The notes: generated by a model from the sequence alone, not told the origin. 63,993 nucleotides of DNA, filler included, from Piptocephalis cylindrospora (GCA_003614145.1; 3 parts of 3 records of this genome joined end to end with filler, not necessarily neighbours in it), one strand, 5' to 3'; shown: positions 37,001 through 51,270, counted from the first letter of the whole stretch. Translations and numbers: made by a program.

Positions 37001-40000
37001 AGGAAATGCTACAACAGGCATTGAGGCCTATCCTTGAGAACTTATCCGATCATCGACGTCTTTCTACCACAGTTCTATCTGGCCTTACCCGTCTCTTGGA
37101 AATGATGACCAATTACTTTAAGCCGGAGATTGGGCGAAAGCTCTTGGATCACCTTCGAGCTTGGGCTGGCGAAGCGGTTCTCAATAGGGTGTGTGGATTG
37201 TGCCTTGAAGAGGGTGTTCCGGAGGTCCAAATCATTCGTGGGATCTTGGAGGTGTTCCCTTTGCTTCCCGGCGCTACTGATGTCTTCTTGAGCCCATTAA
37301 TCGGAGAATGCATGCGGATCGAACGAGGTCTTGGTCGTGCCTCCTCCTCCTCTCCCTGTCGAGCTGCCTTGTGCCTCTTTCTCCTTCGACATCCTGAGCC
37401 CACTTTAACCATGATCTTCGGGACTGGAAAACCGGTTGGGGCCGAGCAGCGATCATTCTTCTTAGGATTGATTGGATCCGACGGCTCTGGCCCTGAGATG
37501 TTAAGAGAAATGATGAGGTCATCTGGGGAGTCAGCTCTGATCCAATTGGTGGGAGTCAAGGAGGAGGAGGAAGGAGGTGAGGACTGGAGGCTCAAGGACA
37601 GCTTGGAAGAGGACATTGTGGAGTACTTTCTTCTCATGGTCAGCGCTTTGTCTCAGGATGCTGGTTCTATGGCTTGGTTTAGATCCAGACCAGCATTACG
37701 GAAGGTGCTTCGAGCCGTATGGAATCAATGGGTCCGGAAGCTGATCCTTCCCGGCGCCCTGTCAGGGAAGGAAAAACCCCCAGGGGAAGGAGAGAATGAC
37801 TCAGTGGGGGGAATCCAAATGAGGATGGATGATAAGGATCGTCAGCGGCGCCTGTGCTTAGCATTGCAGTACCTGCTCATCACTCTTCATCGTGGAGGAT
37901 CTCAAGAGGCGAAGGAGAGGGTACAATGGCTTCTGAGCCTGCTTGACCTGGCCTGGTGGGGTAATCGTTGGGTAGGGATGGAGATTGGTCAGGTAAGACA
38001 GTACTTATTGGAAGAGGTGATCTTAACCCGAAGGATCTCCCAGACGGATGCTGTGTCTTTGAAGAGTGTGAGTGAAGAAGGTATAAGTGAGATGGCCAAG
38101 CACGATCATGCTCTTCTTGAAGCCATCATTCTCGGGGACACTTCTCGATTGCAAGGGATTGCAGATGATTCACTGGAGGAAGTGGAGAGGGATGAGCGCA
38201 AATCCTTGATGGTTTGGATTCTAGGAATCTTGGTGAATCCATTGATGCGCAATTTGCTCAAGTATCAGGATCTTGCATGGGTAAAGCGAGTTCTTACTCG
38301 TGATATTCTGGATACCCTGCAAAAACGAGTATGGTTGGCGGGTAGTTCAGTGAATTTCCAAGCAGGTTCCGCTCTTACGCAAGGTGAGTTTTCATGGGAG
38401 GGACTTTGGCACAAGTACTAATGTGCTTTTCCCGATCTACTTTTACTTATGCGTTTACCCCAGGCAAGAGACATTGGATCTTGGAAGATGAGCTTCGAGT
38501 CCATATCCTGCAATTTACAGCATCTGTCCTGGAACATGCTCCAACCCTTTTGGCGGATAAGCGAAAGGATATGATTAAGTTTGGATGGGCATGCATTAAG
38601 TGTGAGGATGTGACGGCGAAGCAAGCGGCGTATGTTCTCTTGGCCCGGTTTATCGCTGCCTACGAGTCTCCTCACAAGATCATCACACAGATCTGGCTGG
38701 CATTGCTTAGAGCCCCAGCCACTGAGGCGCGGGCGCTTGTGCGACAAGCGATGGATATTCTTCTTCCTGTGCTCCCTATCCGCCTGACTGGGGAATCTTC
38801 TAGTGGAGGTATGATTGTTCCTAATTGGGTTCGCCTTGCCCGTAGGATGGTGGTGGATGAGGCGTTTCAAGGGCCAATGTTCACTGCTGTCGCGTGGACT
38901 GGAGCGGGGTCCGGCGGGACAGGGCCTGGGGGAGGATCTGGGACTGTCGGTGCTCAGGTGCCGTGGTATACTCCTGGCGCTAGCGGATCTGCCGGGTCTG
39001 GGAGTGGGGGGAGCGGTGGGCTGGAAAAGGGGAATAGTGGTGTGGCCGCTGGGTCTGCGGCTCAGGCTGCGGCACAATCCAGCGTAATTCTGCAATTGTT
39101 GGCTCGGCACCCTGAGCCAATTGCGCCTTACGCCAATCTCTTTGTCGATTCCATCCTCAAGGCTCTCCCCCGGTTGACAGGGCTGGTTACCCTTGGAGGC
39201 GGGGAAAAGGGGTTGGGCGGGAACGGGGAGACAAGACAGCTAGCCGGGGAATTGATTCATCTCCTATGGGTATGGAGGGATAGGATTAACCTGGATAAAG
39301 CTGGGAGAAAGGCTTTGCTCTCCTCGATTATTCCTTTCCTCATCCTGGTTGAGTCCCAGTGTGGTCCGGGGCACGATCTAAGCTCAGATGATGCAGAAGA
39401 GGAAGATGGGCATAGAGTGGATGATGAGGAAAGAAGGGAAGAGGAAGAGGAGGAGAGGGCGGAAGAGGAGGCTGAACTTGACCGTCGACGATCGGCTCTC
39501 GGGCTAAGTAAGGCTAGTTCGAGTAGCAGTAGTCCTGGAGGGCGTACTCATCCCCTTCAGTATGCTAATCAGCGGGCCTTGGCCACTAAGCTTGTCCGTG
39601 TTTTACGAGACCTGATTCATGTAGAGGAACGGGAGGAGGATATGATGGGAGATGAAGAAGTAAGGGAAGATGGGGATGAAGATGAGGAGGAGAAGTGGCT
39701 TGTTCACCTGACCACTACATACGTAACTACTGCCGGAAAGGAGGGGCATGCTTCAGGATCAGAGTCTTCCGGTGAGCTGGGATACCATGGAGCTTTTACC
39801 GGATCAGCATCCGAAAGGGTCTCAGCTCTTATGGTATCTAAGGAGATTGTACGGGCATGTGTCCAACGGCGAGTGGTACGAAAAGCCTCTGGGAACGATA
39901 GTGCCTTGGGTGAAGGTGAAGATGCTATGATTGCTGGTAGCTCTGAAAAATGGGCCACCCTCCTAACCACTTTGGGAGATCGGGCATTAGTGGGATCAGT

Positions 40001-43000
40001 GGAAAGGAGGACTGGTTCAGGTGGGTCGGGGGAGGCAAGGGTCCTTGGAGGCTTAATCCGAGAGATTTGGCGGTCATTGCCCGAGAATCAAGATGAGGTT
40101 ATAGAAAGTTGGTGGGACCGGGTGGATCAGGCAGTAGGTCTATCCTTGAGCGGTGTTCCTGGAGGAGTTGGAGGTAGTGGCGGTGGGGGTGGTAGCGGCA
40201 GTGGAAGAGCGGGAGGATCTCAGGAAAACAGTAAAGGACATAATGGCGGAGGAGATAGTGTACGAGGAGGTAGCGTTGTCTCGGGTCTGGCGCTAATCGA
40301 AGCGATGCATCAAACGGGCGGGCTTGGGCGAGCAGGAGAATGGGTGGACGGGTACGCTAGTATCCTAGTTCGGCACCTGGCGCGTCTCGCCAAGGAACAT
40401 ACGACAATTTCCCTCGTATCCGGGCCTAGGACAGGGAAGGAGGGCATCTTGATCAGGCGAATCTTACGTTTACTTGGTGAGAGGATCTCCTTCATTGGAG
40501 AAAAGCGCCGGGAAATCTTAAGTATCATGCGGAACTTGGCAGAGAAGAGCCCATCAGTTTCTTTGTGCACTTGGATGGTCCGTCGGGTAGGTCAGTGGAT
40601 CCTCGGCCTTGAGGAGACTGGAGCATTTCCTACATTGAAGGAGGGAACGACGCTTATGTACTCCCTTTGGACCGGTCTCGAGAAAAGATGGAGGGAGGAG
40701 GAAGTTACAAGGACAGAAGGGGCTACCAAGGGTCGAAGACGCTGGACTGCTACACTGAGAGACTATCTCACGTGGACTGTGCGTATATACGGAGAGGAAG
40801 GTCAGAGTAAGGGTCTATTGGGCAGCGAGCTCACTTCTCGACTGGAACCGGCTTTCCTCCGAGGACTACTTTGGTCCTCTCTCTCCGGACCCGCTCAGGA
40901 GGATGGGAGAATTCGCCAAGCATTCTTTCAGATTTATGAAGCAAGCTTACCAACCAACCTGGAGGATAGGCTGCAGCATTTATTCGGCGTTCAGTCCTGG
41001 GAGGCCATTGGAGCTGAGCCCGGGTGGCTGGTTATTATCATCGGGGCTATGACCACTGGCTGGATTCGCCAAAGCCAGGGAGATATGAGACTTTGGCCTG
41101 CACCCCAGACTGAAGCAAGCGACCTAGAGAAGCAGGTGCTTACGGGGATCCAGAAACATCTAGTGCCATTAGTTGGATTGGATGGTAGTCATCCTCAGAC
41201 GGTATACACCTGGTGGAGGGAAAGACTCTTCCCTTGGGTTTGGACAAGGAGCCAGGATCATGGTGATATATGTAAAGCTTTGGCCGATTGTCTTTCCCAA
41301 CCTTGGCATCTGGCACAAGCAACGCAGAGACCCAATGCCATCCAAGGGATTTTGGGAGGCCTTGCTCATCTGGCCGCTCTCAAGGGCTTCCACGTGAGGA
41401 TGCCGCCTCAATTAATCAAATGGGCTGGATCCACATACAACGCTTGGTATGAGGCAGTGTTTCTCCTGGAAAATGAGACTGAGATGGAGGAAACCGGGAA
41501 GACTGGGGCATCTGATAAGCCTGATGGCCCCGACAAAGCTCGAGGTCTTTGGGCAGATCCGGGCACTGGTCAAATTAGCCATGGATTGGTCCCAGTAGAG
41601 GAGAGTCGACTGGAGGCGCTGGCAGCCATGTATGACTCTGTGGGAGAGAAGGACATGGAATACGGCCTGTGGAGGAGGTGTAGTACCTATTCATGTACCG
41701 GACGCGCCTTGGCTCTGGAGATGGCAGGAAAATGGGCAGAGGCCCAGGCGGAATGGGAAACGGCTCAAATCCATGCTCGGGCTGCCGGAACGGCCGACCC
41801 CCGCCTTCGACCGACGGAAGCGGCGCTCTGGGAGACCAGATGGACCGCATGTACTGGTGAGTTGCAGCAATGGGACCTTTTGGCAGATGTGGCCCGTCAT
41901 GATATGTCCGCCTCCTTGACTGTCAAGGCAGCCTGGAGACTTGGTCTAGGAGGATTTGGCTCTGGCAATGCGGATGGAACGGAGGAACGGGATGGACTTC
42001 GGGCAGCCCTCCTTTCTGTTCCCGAAACCTCCCAAACGTGTGCAATGGAGGCGACAATGCATCTTGCCGAGCTCTTGAGTCAGCGAGAGGATCCCCATAA
42101 CCCTAGGGAGGAGGCTAGGGCTGCATACCATCGAGCCTGTGAGAGATCTGTGCATTTGGCCCTCTCCGAGTGGTGGGCTCTGCCGCACAATCGAGTAGGG
42201 AAAGGTCATCTTGGAGCGTTGAGGGGGCTACAGCAGCTCGTGGAGGTTCAGGAGGCCGGAAGACTGACCCGGACACTGCTAGATGTTGGGGTGGGAGGAT
42301 TTGAGGAAAGGGTTCAAGAGCTGCGCCCAATCCTTACTTCATGGAGAGAACGGCTTCCCCTAGAGTGGGAGCCAGTCGGGAAGGTGTGGTCGGATCTGAT
42401 GGCTTGGAGGCAGAGGATGTACGGGTTGATGAATAAGGTCCTCCTCCCCCTGGTGCCTCTTCTTTCAGCCGCGGATACGTCCGCCAATAGCCTAGCCTAT
42501 CGCGGCTACCATGAGACAGCGTGGATGGTTAATCGATTTGCTCGAGTTGCGCGGAAACACGGCCTTCGAGAGGTGTGTAGTGCTCAGCTGGCCCGGATTT
42601 ACACTCTGCCAAACATTGAGATTTCCGAAGCCTTTGTCAAGCTTCGAGAGCAAGCTCGGTGTCATTTCCGTGGTGGAGGATGGGCTGATGTGGCCTCTGG
42701 TCTTGAGGTCATCTCTCACACTAACCTCATGTACTTTACGCCCCGGCAAAAAGCCGAGTTCTTTGCCTTGAAAGGCTCCTTTATGGATAAGCTGGGTCTC
42801 CCTGTAGAGGGTGTGGCCGCTACCATGTCCCAGGCTACGAAACTAGACGTCGGTCACGCTAAGGCCTGGGTAGCATGGGGAAGGTTCAATGATCGGCTAT
42901 CTGGTTTACCGGACATCTCAGACACTGAGCGGACAACTCACGCGGTTAGAGCTCTAGAGTGTTACATGCAAGCTACTATCATTCAGCGAGAGGCCAAGGC

Positions 43001-46000
43001 ACGGAGATACATTGCCCGGATTCTTTGGTTACTCGGCATGGATGTCTCGGCCAATGGAGAGGTCGGCAAAGCCTTTGAGACCTTTACTGAAGACATCCCC
43101 ATCTGGTACTGGCTGACATTTTTGCCCCAACTCCTCGTCTCTTTGGGATATCGAGAGGCCAAGCAAGTTCGCCTCATTCTTATCAAGATGTCCAAGGCCT
43201 TCCCTCAGGTAAGTCATTAATGGGACGCACTGTGGAACAAGAAGGAGTGGGGCATACTAACGTCTACTGTGCTCGATAGGCATTGCATTATCACTTGAGG
43301 ACGGCCAGGGAGGAGCTAGCCTGGATGAGGCATGGAGGAGGGAGGAGACAGGGAGGAGGGGCGGATGCGAGCGGAAGACGCCCCCAAGATGGAGGATTGG
43401 ATGTTGGAGGCCTGAGGGAGGCGTTAGTGAGAACGCGGGCGGAGATGGAGAATCAAGGAGAAGGGAAGGAAGGGAAGAATAAGGTCATGATATCCAGTGG
43501 TGGACTCTCAGTTGTTCCTTCCAGAGCTGGATCTGTTGAGCCAGAGGATGATGTGCAGGGCGAGAAGGAAGAAATGGGAGAAAAGGAGAAGATAATGGAG
43601 GATGAAAAGAGTGCAGAAGAGGGTACTCCAGGAAAAAAAGATAAAGTGAACCTTGGTGAGGACGATGATGACCAAATGGAAAATGATGAAGTGATGAAAG
43701 AGAAAGATTCATCTGCAGCGGATGAAACCAATGAGTCTGAAGAGGCTAAGGCTTCTGAAGGTGGGCTGAAGGAAGCTGAAGGAGTCAAAAAGAATGAAGA
43801 TAAGGAAGATGAAACGATGAAGGATGTCGAAACGGTAAAAAAGGAAGGCGGAGAGAAGACAGGAGGGGAGGAGAAGGAGAAGGAGAAAGGAGAGAGTGGA
43901 GAGAAGGAGGAAGCGCCCAAGAAAAAGGAAGTTGAAGCCGAGAAGAAGGAAGAATCAGAGTCGGGAAGGCCAGAGGGATCTCAACTTCCACAGCCTCCTC
44001 AGCCTCCTCCTCCGGTTTTCCGCACGGCCTTGGATCATGTAGAGGAGGTGATGAGTATGCTGAAAACGGCCTTCCCTTTATTAGCCTTGACTGTGGAAAC
44101 CATGTCGGGCCAGCTGGTATCCAGGTTGAAGCCATCTTCGGAAGAGGATCTCTATCGACTTATCTGTGCTCTTTTATATGACGCTACACAGCATCTAGCC
44201 ATGCGACTATCATCTGGAGGGAAAGACCTGACTCTACCATCTCCAACTATTGCACATATCCGTCGGTTTGCTGATTCTATGGCCAGGGGATCCTTGAGGG
44301 ATGCCTTTATCCGAGCCTTTGTCCCTGGAGGAGGAGCTAGTACTCAAGGGGAAGTGCATTCTGGGGACGTGTCATATTGTGGGCATTTGCCTACCCATGT
44401 AGTCCGACTACGAAGGTGGAAGAGGGAATTTGAGAGATATCTGGATGCCCAGCCTACCTTTATTCCCTTGGAGACCCTATCTACTTATTTGGCGGACTTT
44501 GAGCACCAGAGGTTTGAAGATGTTGAAATTCCCGGTCAATATCTGCTGCTCCGGGATGCTTCAACACATTTTGTAAAGTTGGAAAGGTTCGAACCCATAG
44601 TGGAGGTGATCAGGGACGCCGGTGCTTGCTCCCGTAGACTACGTGTCCGGGGTCAGGATGGCTCGGTGCACCGATTGCTCCTTCAGCATCCCACGCCTCG
44701 GGTAGTAAGGAGAGAGGAGAGGATGCAGCAGTTCATGAGGTTGATGAATGACCTCCTCGCTCGTCGATGGCCTGCGCGTTCTATGGCTCTGGCCTTCCAT
44801 CTTCCTCTGCTAATCCCCTTGTCCCCAGCTGTTCGGATTATCATGGAGCCCCTTGGGCCGTATAGATCACTCCTGGAGATCGCCGAAGAAGAGGCTGGGA
44901 GGCGTGGTGTGGATCGGGACGCGGCAGTACGCCACTTCCTCTCTGGATTAGATGAAGCTGTAGGTCTTCTTCCAGCTTCTACACTTATGTCCCCTTCCAA
45001 ACTGGCTGGGGTTGTTCGGGGAATCCGAGTAGACCTCATGTCCCAAATCCTTTCTTCTCCCCTATCCCCCTCGACCACGCTCTCTCGGTGGGTGGAGCGA
45101 AGGATGCGATCTCCGACCGACCTTTGGTTATACCGGCGTCGTTTCACTGAACACTTGGCTATCGCCTCCTTTACGACGTATCTTCTGGGCCTTGGATATC
45201 GGTATCCATCCCGTATGAGGATTTCCCTCGACACAGGGGCTATTCACTGCCTCGAATCTCATCCAAGTAAGCGAGAAGAGAGGAATGGGCGGGTCACTTT
45301 TTATTGATAAGGTATGGGAAGACTCAAGCCATACTGACCTTTTTATTTTCACTCCCATCTTTTAGCTCTACCCACGTTTTCCTCAGCTGATCCTGTTCCC
45401 TTCAGGCTCTCCCCAACTTTGCAGGACTTTTGCACTCCTGTTGGTATTGAGGGCCCATTCTTGCAAGCCATGATGTCCATGGGCCAATCCATGACTCAAC
45501 CAGAGGTAAGAATGATTTGCTAGGGCGTGTGGCTAAGTTTGGGGTTTCCCTTATTTTTTGGACTGCACGTTACCAGAACTCACCCCATCACCTTGACTGC
45601 TCTATCCTTCTCTAGGATGAATTCCTGGATGTATTTGCGGTCTTTGTCCGAGATGAAATGGTTGCATGGTCTTATCCTGGAAGAGCGGGAGTCGCTACGA
45701 GCCCCGGAACCTTTCCGGATATCCCTGGGTTACGACAACAGATTGGCCAGACCATGTCGGGCGTGCTGTCAAAGGCAAGGCTCATGGCGTGTACCACGGA
45801 TGATGGAGCTGAAGAGGGGTTGGCAGGGGGCAAGAGTAATGGAACAGGTGGAGGGGAGGATAAGGGCTCGTCGACGTCGATGTCTGAGGAGGGTTCGGGG
45901 GGGACCAAAGAAGGAGGCGGGGTGACCAGTCAGGCTTCAGCCACCACAGAAACTACCACCTCCTCCTCTCCTACCTCACCCGCCCCACCCATCACTCAAC

Positions 46001-46080
46001 CCGTCCTTGATCTTATCGCCCAGGCTACTCATCCTCACCATCTTGCCCAGATGGATCCGAACTGGGCACCATGGTTGTAG
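31032..46080 (+). CDS. TRA1: Tra1/TRRAP, PIKK-family pseudokinase subunit of SAGA/NuA4; multi-exon
   Basis: SFRVLMECPIIVVMLFQ, AQVKTMSFLAY, RKELLVAARHILST, VELCLTVPVRL, QGLRTLELCID, KDMIKFGW, FAT-region AYRGYHETAWMVNRFARVARKH, LKTAFPLLALTVE, RREER and FATC LAQMDPNWAPWL*. Confidence 0.95.
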
Positions 46081-46443
46081 GTGGATACGGATTCAGAGCA
46101 GGGGGTGATTTCTTGAGAGGTAAAGGTGGGGAAATGGGGATCGCAGCTTTTATCCTTGCTTGTTTGTCGATGGTGATGGAAGGCAATAGGAATGAATATA
46201 TGGGTTTTATCAGTATGGTCAGGACGCCGTGGATGACATTTCATGGTCTTGGCGTGAATTATGGAGGGTCATCTCCTTTTATAGAGCAAACGGTAGAAAA
46301 GGTGATCATACGTTTATTCATCAGCTGTCAAGCCCAGATGGCCATGTATTACAACACGATGGAAAAGATCAGCCAAAGAGAGAGGAAAAGTGAAAAAGGA
46401 ATAGGAATAGGGACGTACATCACCCTAATAATCCTTTCTTCAT

Positions 46444-48559
46444 CTAGGAGATGTAATCATCCACGCCGTTCTCAAGATAGTCCAAACGGCCACGGTGAAG
46501 ACGGTAAACAGAGGAGCAGACTTGCTCGAGGAACCAGCGGTCGTGGCTCACCACGATAACTGCGCCTTCCCAGCCGTCCAGGGCCTCAACAAGACCCTGG
46601 ACACTCCAGAGGTCTAGATGGTTGGTTATCTCATCAAGGACCAAAAGGACTGGGAGGTGCTTTCCGGCGAAAAGGCTAGCAAAGGTCACGCGGGCCCTTT
46701 GCCCGCCACTAAGAGTCTTGAGGGGCTGGATAGCACGTATACCACTAATTCCAAAGGAGCCCAGAAGGGCCCGAGCCTCACTCTCCTCCCGGATGTCAAA
46801 GGTGCTCATAATATAGTCGAGGGCCGAACCTTCGCCGGTAGATCCGGTGGTCAAGCCATCCACGTGATCTTGATCAAATTGGGATATTGGCGCACCCTGC
46901 AGTCGGTCGACTATGCCTTTCGTGGGCTTCAATTTACCATTGAGGGTGGAGACCAGAGTGGACTTTCCAGCACCATTACTCCCGACAATGCCGATTCTAT
47001 CCCCCATCTCCACATCAAGGGTAATGTCCCGTAGTGTTTGCTTCGTCTCTCCTGGGTAGGTGAATGATATGGACTGAAGCTGGACGAGGGGCCGACCCTT
47101 TTGACGCAACTCATCGGGGGAGGGAAGGGAGAAATGCACCGCGGTCTCCTCTTTCTCCAGCTCAACTTGAGCGCGAGTGGTACTATGAAACCCAACGCGA
47201 TAGGACATCTTGATCCTCTTTCCACCTTCAGTCCTATCAATCCCCATATTCTCGATTTTCTGTGGGCAGGGTGAATGGGCAGTGAATATGGTGAAAAAGA
47301 GATAGGATACTTCAAATTAAAAACGCACCTTCTTCCGGGAAGCGACCATTCCAAGTCTCTTGTCGTCGCCAGTGGACTTTACATGCTTGACGGCCTTTTG
47401 TATACTTTGCTCCATGTGTTTCTTTTTACGATCAAGCCGAGCTTTTTGGCCTTTCTTCATCTTTGCTCGATCCTCAGTGTTTTTCTCATAGTCATCATAG
47501 TTACCTTGGTGATAGGTGAGCTCCCCATCTCGAAGCCTCATAATACAATCCGTGGTAGCATTAAGGAAGTGCCGATCATGGGAAATGACCACTAGGATCT
47601 GCTCCATGGGAAGCATCGTCAGATACTCTTCGAGCCAGGAAATGGCCTTCATATCCAAATGGTTGGCTAGTTAATTATGAGATAATGGACAAGGTAAGTG
47701 AGATGGAGCGTTTCCCCATAGACCGTCCATTCTTAAAACTTACTGGGCTCATCCAGGAGGAGGACATCAGGACTCATAAACAGGGCTCGGGCCAATGCAA
47801 CACGCATCCTCCATCCTCCGCTCAAAGAGGAGAAGGGTGCTTCTTGTCGTTTCTTGGAGAAGCCAAGACCTGTGAGGACTTCTCTAGCTCTTGTATCCGC
47901 CGAATCACTTTCCATCTACGCGGAGCATAGTTATGAGTGATAGGTTGGGCGTCATGAAAGGGAAAAGATAGACTTGTCCTTACCAGGTCTAACTTGTCAA
48001 AAATCTCACTCAAAAGGATAGAAGGATCGACAGGCTCTGCGGATGTTCTAGCGGGATAGAAATGTTTTAGATGATTGTTTAATGGCACATTAAGAGGAAT
48101 ATTCAATGTCATAAAAGGGCCTACTTACGCTTCACTGGACGCTTCGGCCTCCAGGGCTTTAAGAGCCTTCTTGCGTGCTTCGTGCCCTCGAGTACCACTT
48201 CGCCGATCGGCATAAGTCACAGCTTCTTCTCTTTCGCGGATCTTACGGTCTCGAGTGATGGATTTGGCAACATTCATGGACTCTTCCTCATCATCAATGA
48301 CCTTTTGCAAGGCTAATATAAGCGCAGTTCCGGAGGCAGTGTGAGGAAAAAGGGTTTCCCATGCCACCCTCTCGTGTGCCCCACCTACCCTCTGATTCGG
48401 CCACTAGTCTAACTCTCTCCTTATCAGCAGCAATGACAGTCTCTATGACTGATACATTACCATCCACATCATCGTCCACTTGAATCTGGTCGACGTAGAG
48501 GGCTCGGAGCTGCTGTGGTACCCCAGGAATTCCACCCTCCCCTAGGAGGCGCATCAAGG
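46444..48559 (-). CDS. ABC-F family ATPase (two ABC domains, no TM); 5' end truncated at contig end
   Basis: [41 protein letters not shown], second domain [39 protein letters not shown]. Many short introns. Confidence 0.9.
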
Positions 48560-48735
48560 CTATGTTGCGTAGGGATGAGAAAGCGATGGGGGGGGGGGGG
48601 GGGGGGGGGGGGCATTTTTTTTGGGCAATTTTCCTCTTAAAAAAAAATCATTTTCGTTTTTCCCCCCCGCCGCCCCCATTTTTTGGGCCTGTTCGCCCCA
48701 TCTGACCGGGCCAGCGAGGCTACAGGAAATGGGGG

Positions 48736-48835
48736 NNNNNNNNNNNNNNNNNNNNNNNNNNNNNNNNNNNNNNNNNNNNTTAATTAATTAANNNNNNNNN
48801 NNNNNNNNNNNNNNNNNNNNNNNNNNNNNNNNNNN
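48736..48835. other. Artificial contig linker (N44-TTAATTAATTAA-N44)
   Basis: Same 100-nt spacer as at 24386-24485. Confidence 0.97.
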
Positions 48836-49091
48836 CGCCTTGATATGTGTGAGTTGAAAGGCGTCTATGTGGGGTTTATGATGTGCTCAGAGCTCTTATT
48901 CCTCTCCAGCCCTTACGCCCCCCTTTCGTTTTTCCTTTCCCCCTCCTTAAAAACCCTTGCCCCTGTCCCTAGGTTGACTTTTGGCAGCACAAGTGCTTCT
49001 CTGACCCCACGGTCCTCAATAGCCTTCCTTCCTCTCCTTTTGACTCATATCAATTCTCCTTCTCTGACTCATCTTGTCCCATCCTACACCC

Positions 49092-50979
49092 ATGTCCACA
49101 TCGTATTCCCCAGTGGTCGGAGGGGATGGTTCTTCGAGGTTGGACCCACGAGAGGCTCGCCAACCACTTCTTCCTTCACTGGACCGTCCGGCATCTCCTC
49201 GGTTTCTGCAGGACCGATTCCGTCGTCCTTACCAGCTCAGACAGTACGTAATGCCGTGTATTGGCGTGTCCTTCCTGGCTCTCTTCCTTTTTCTGACGGT
49301 CAACTCGACCTTGCATCCTCCGCCGGTTGGGCCAGGGAGAAGAACGGCGCTTGAGCTGGCAACGGGAAACATACTTTCGGACCTCCAAGGAGATTCAATT
49401 GTGTGGGATCGGTTGGCAGAGATGACAGATCTCTTTGGTCCGCGGATCTCAGGAGGGGAAAGCTTGGAAAGGAGCATCGACTGGATGATGACCATGATGA
49501 CCCAGGAGGACAATCTCATGGTCTGGACGGAGAAGGTTCAGGTGGATGTGTGGGAGAGGAATGAGGAATCTTTAGAGCTTCTCCTCCCTTCCCGACCTCC
49601 AGTGCCCCTGCCGATGCTGGGGCTGGGGGGATCAGTGGCGACAGCCGGGGGCAATGGGAGTATTGAAGCGGAAGTCCTGGTTGTACAGGATGTGGAAGAA
49701 CTTATGAAGCTGGGAAATGAGACGATATCAGGGAAGATTGTTCTCTTTGATGACGATAACTGGAAGCATTATGGGGACTCGGTCAAATCCCGGGTATATG
49801 GGGCGCGGGAAGCCGAGAGGTTCGGGGCCGTGGGGGTACTTGTTCGGTCAGTGACACCGTTTTCCCTTGGGGTGCCGCATGCGGGGTCAATGCTCGGGGC
49901 GAATATCCCAGCAGCGGCCATTACTGTAGAGGACTCGCAGTATATTAGACGGGTGTGGGAGAGGCATGGCAAGGCGGATCATAGTGCGTCACCCTTTGCT
50001 CATCTCTTCGAGATACCTAAGGTACGGCTTTTTATGAATGCCACCTTTACTCCTCAGGGAGCCACCTCTAGGAACATCATTGCGGAGATCCCAGGCCGAT
50101 CCCGTCCCGAGGACATTATCGTCCTTGGAGGGCACATTGACTCGTGAGTCTGCTTGCTTTTCAAGCTGTGAAGACGGATGGATATGCTGATTCTTTCCCT
50201 CCAACATCAACATTAGGTGGGATGTAGGGACAGGGGCTATGGATGATGCTGCTGGGTTTTTTGCGGCATGGCATGCCCTTCGTGCCATTTCCCATCTCAA
50301 GGAACCGCCTCTTCGGACGATTCGAGTGGTCGGATGGGTGGCGGAAGAGCGGGGTCAATTTGGGGCCAAGGCGTATGCCAAGAAGCATGCGGCGGAGATC
50401 CCTCATCACATCTTTGCCATGGAGAGTGATACTGGGGTGTTTCAGCCCTGGGGTCTCTCTGTGACGGGGTCGGAGGAGGCGGTGGACTACCTTTCGGCTG
50501 CAGGACAGCATTATCTTGGGCATATCGGGGCAGGGAACATCACATCGTGTAAGTCTATGTACTGACATGGGATATTCTAAGCCATGGAACTACTCCTGAC
50601 CCTCCTCATCCTGTATGATAGCCGATTCTTCTGGTGCGGATGTCGCTCCTCTTTGCCAGGAAGGGGTTCCATGCGCCTCTTTCCTCTCTTTGGACCCCAT
50701 TACCCAGGAATCCCCATTGGATTCTGGATTGGATGGATACTTCTACTATCATCACACGTATGTTATTTCTTGCTCGGGAGGTGGCGTAGGCATGGGGTTT
50801 TTTTTCATTATCATCATCTGACACTGCTTCCACCCAATGACATGGATAGACGAGCTGATACGGTGGCAGCGTTGAAACCCAAGGAACTGGCGCTTGCGTC
50901 CGCGGCTATGGGGATTTGGGCCTACTTGGTGGCAGAGATGGTGCAGAGCCTGCCTAGAGATGATAAGGCTGATGCCTGA
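49092..50979 (+). CDS. CPQ: Carboxypeptidase Q / plasma glutamate carboxypeptidase-like M28 peptidase, type II membrane; 4 exons
   Basis: WDRLAEMTDLFGPRISGGESLERSIDW, MLGLGGSVAT, GVLVRSVTPFSLGVPHAG, IPAAAITVED, VLGGHIDS/WDVGTGAMDD, WVAEERG, AMESDTGVFQPWG, YFYYHHT. N-terminal TM segment. Confidence 0.88.
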
Positions 50980-51109
50980 GAGAGTTCACTTGAGGCTAAA
51001 GACGAGAGGGGAGTTACTCTTGATTATTTTGGCGGAAAAGTCGGATGCTTGTGAATTTATATGCTGTGGGTATGTGTGGACCAATGCAGTCTGTTAAAGA
51101 GAGAGGGAG

Positions 51110-51230
51110 GGAGTGTGTATGTGTGTGTGTGTATGTGGGGGGGAGGGGGGGGGGGCTCAAAGGTTTAAGGAAAAAATTAACAATTTTCCAGACCAAAAAA
51201 AGGAAGAAGGAAAAAAAGAAGGAGAGAGAG

Positions 51231-51270
<40 letters not shown>

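Noticed and set aside
48575..48735. Poly-G and homopolymer tracts as G-quadruplex or telomere-like elements
   Set aside because: Contig-end, homopolymer-rich sequence typical of low-quality reads. The same applies to 51110-51310 and 63870-63960.
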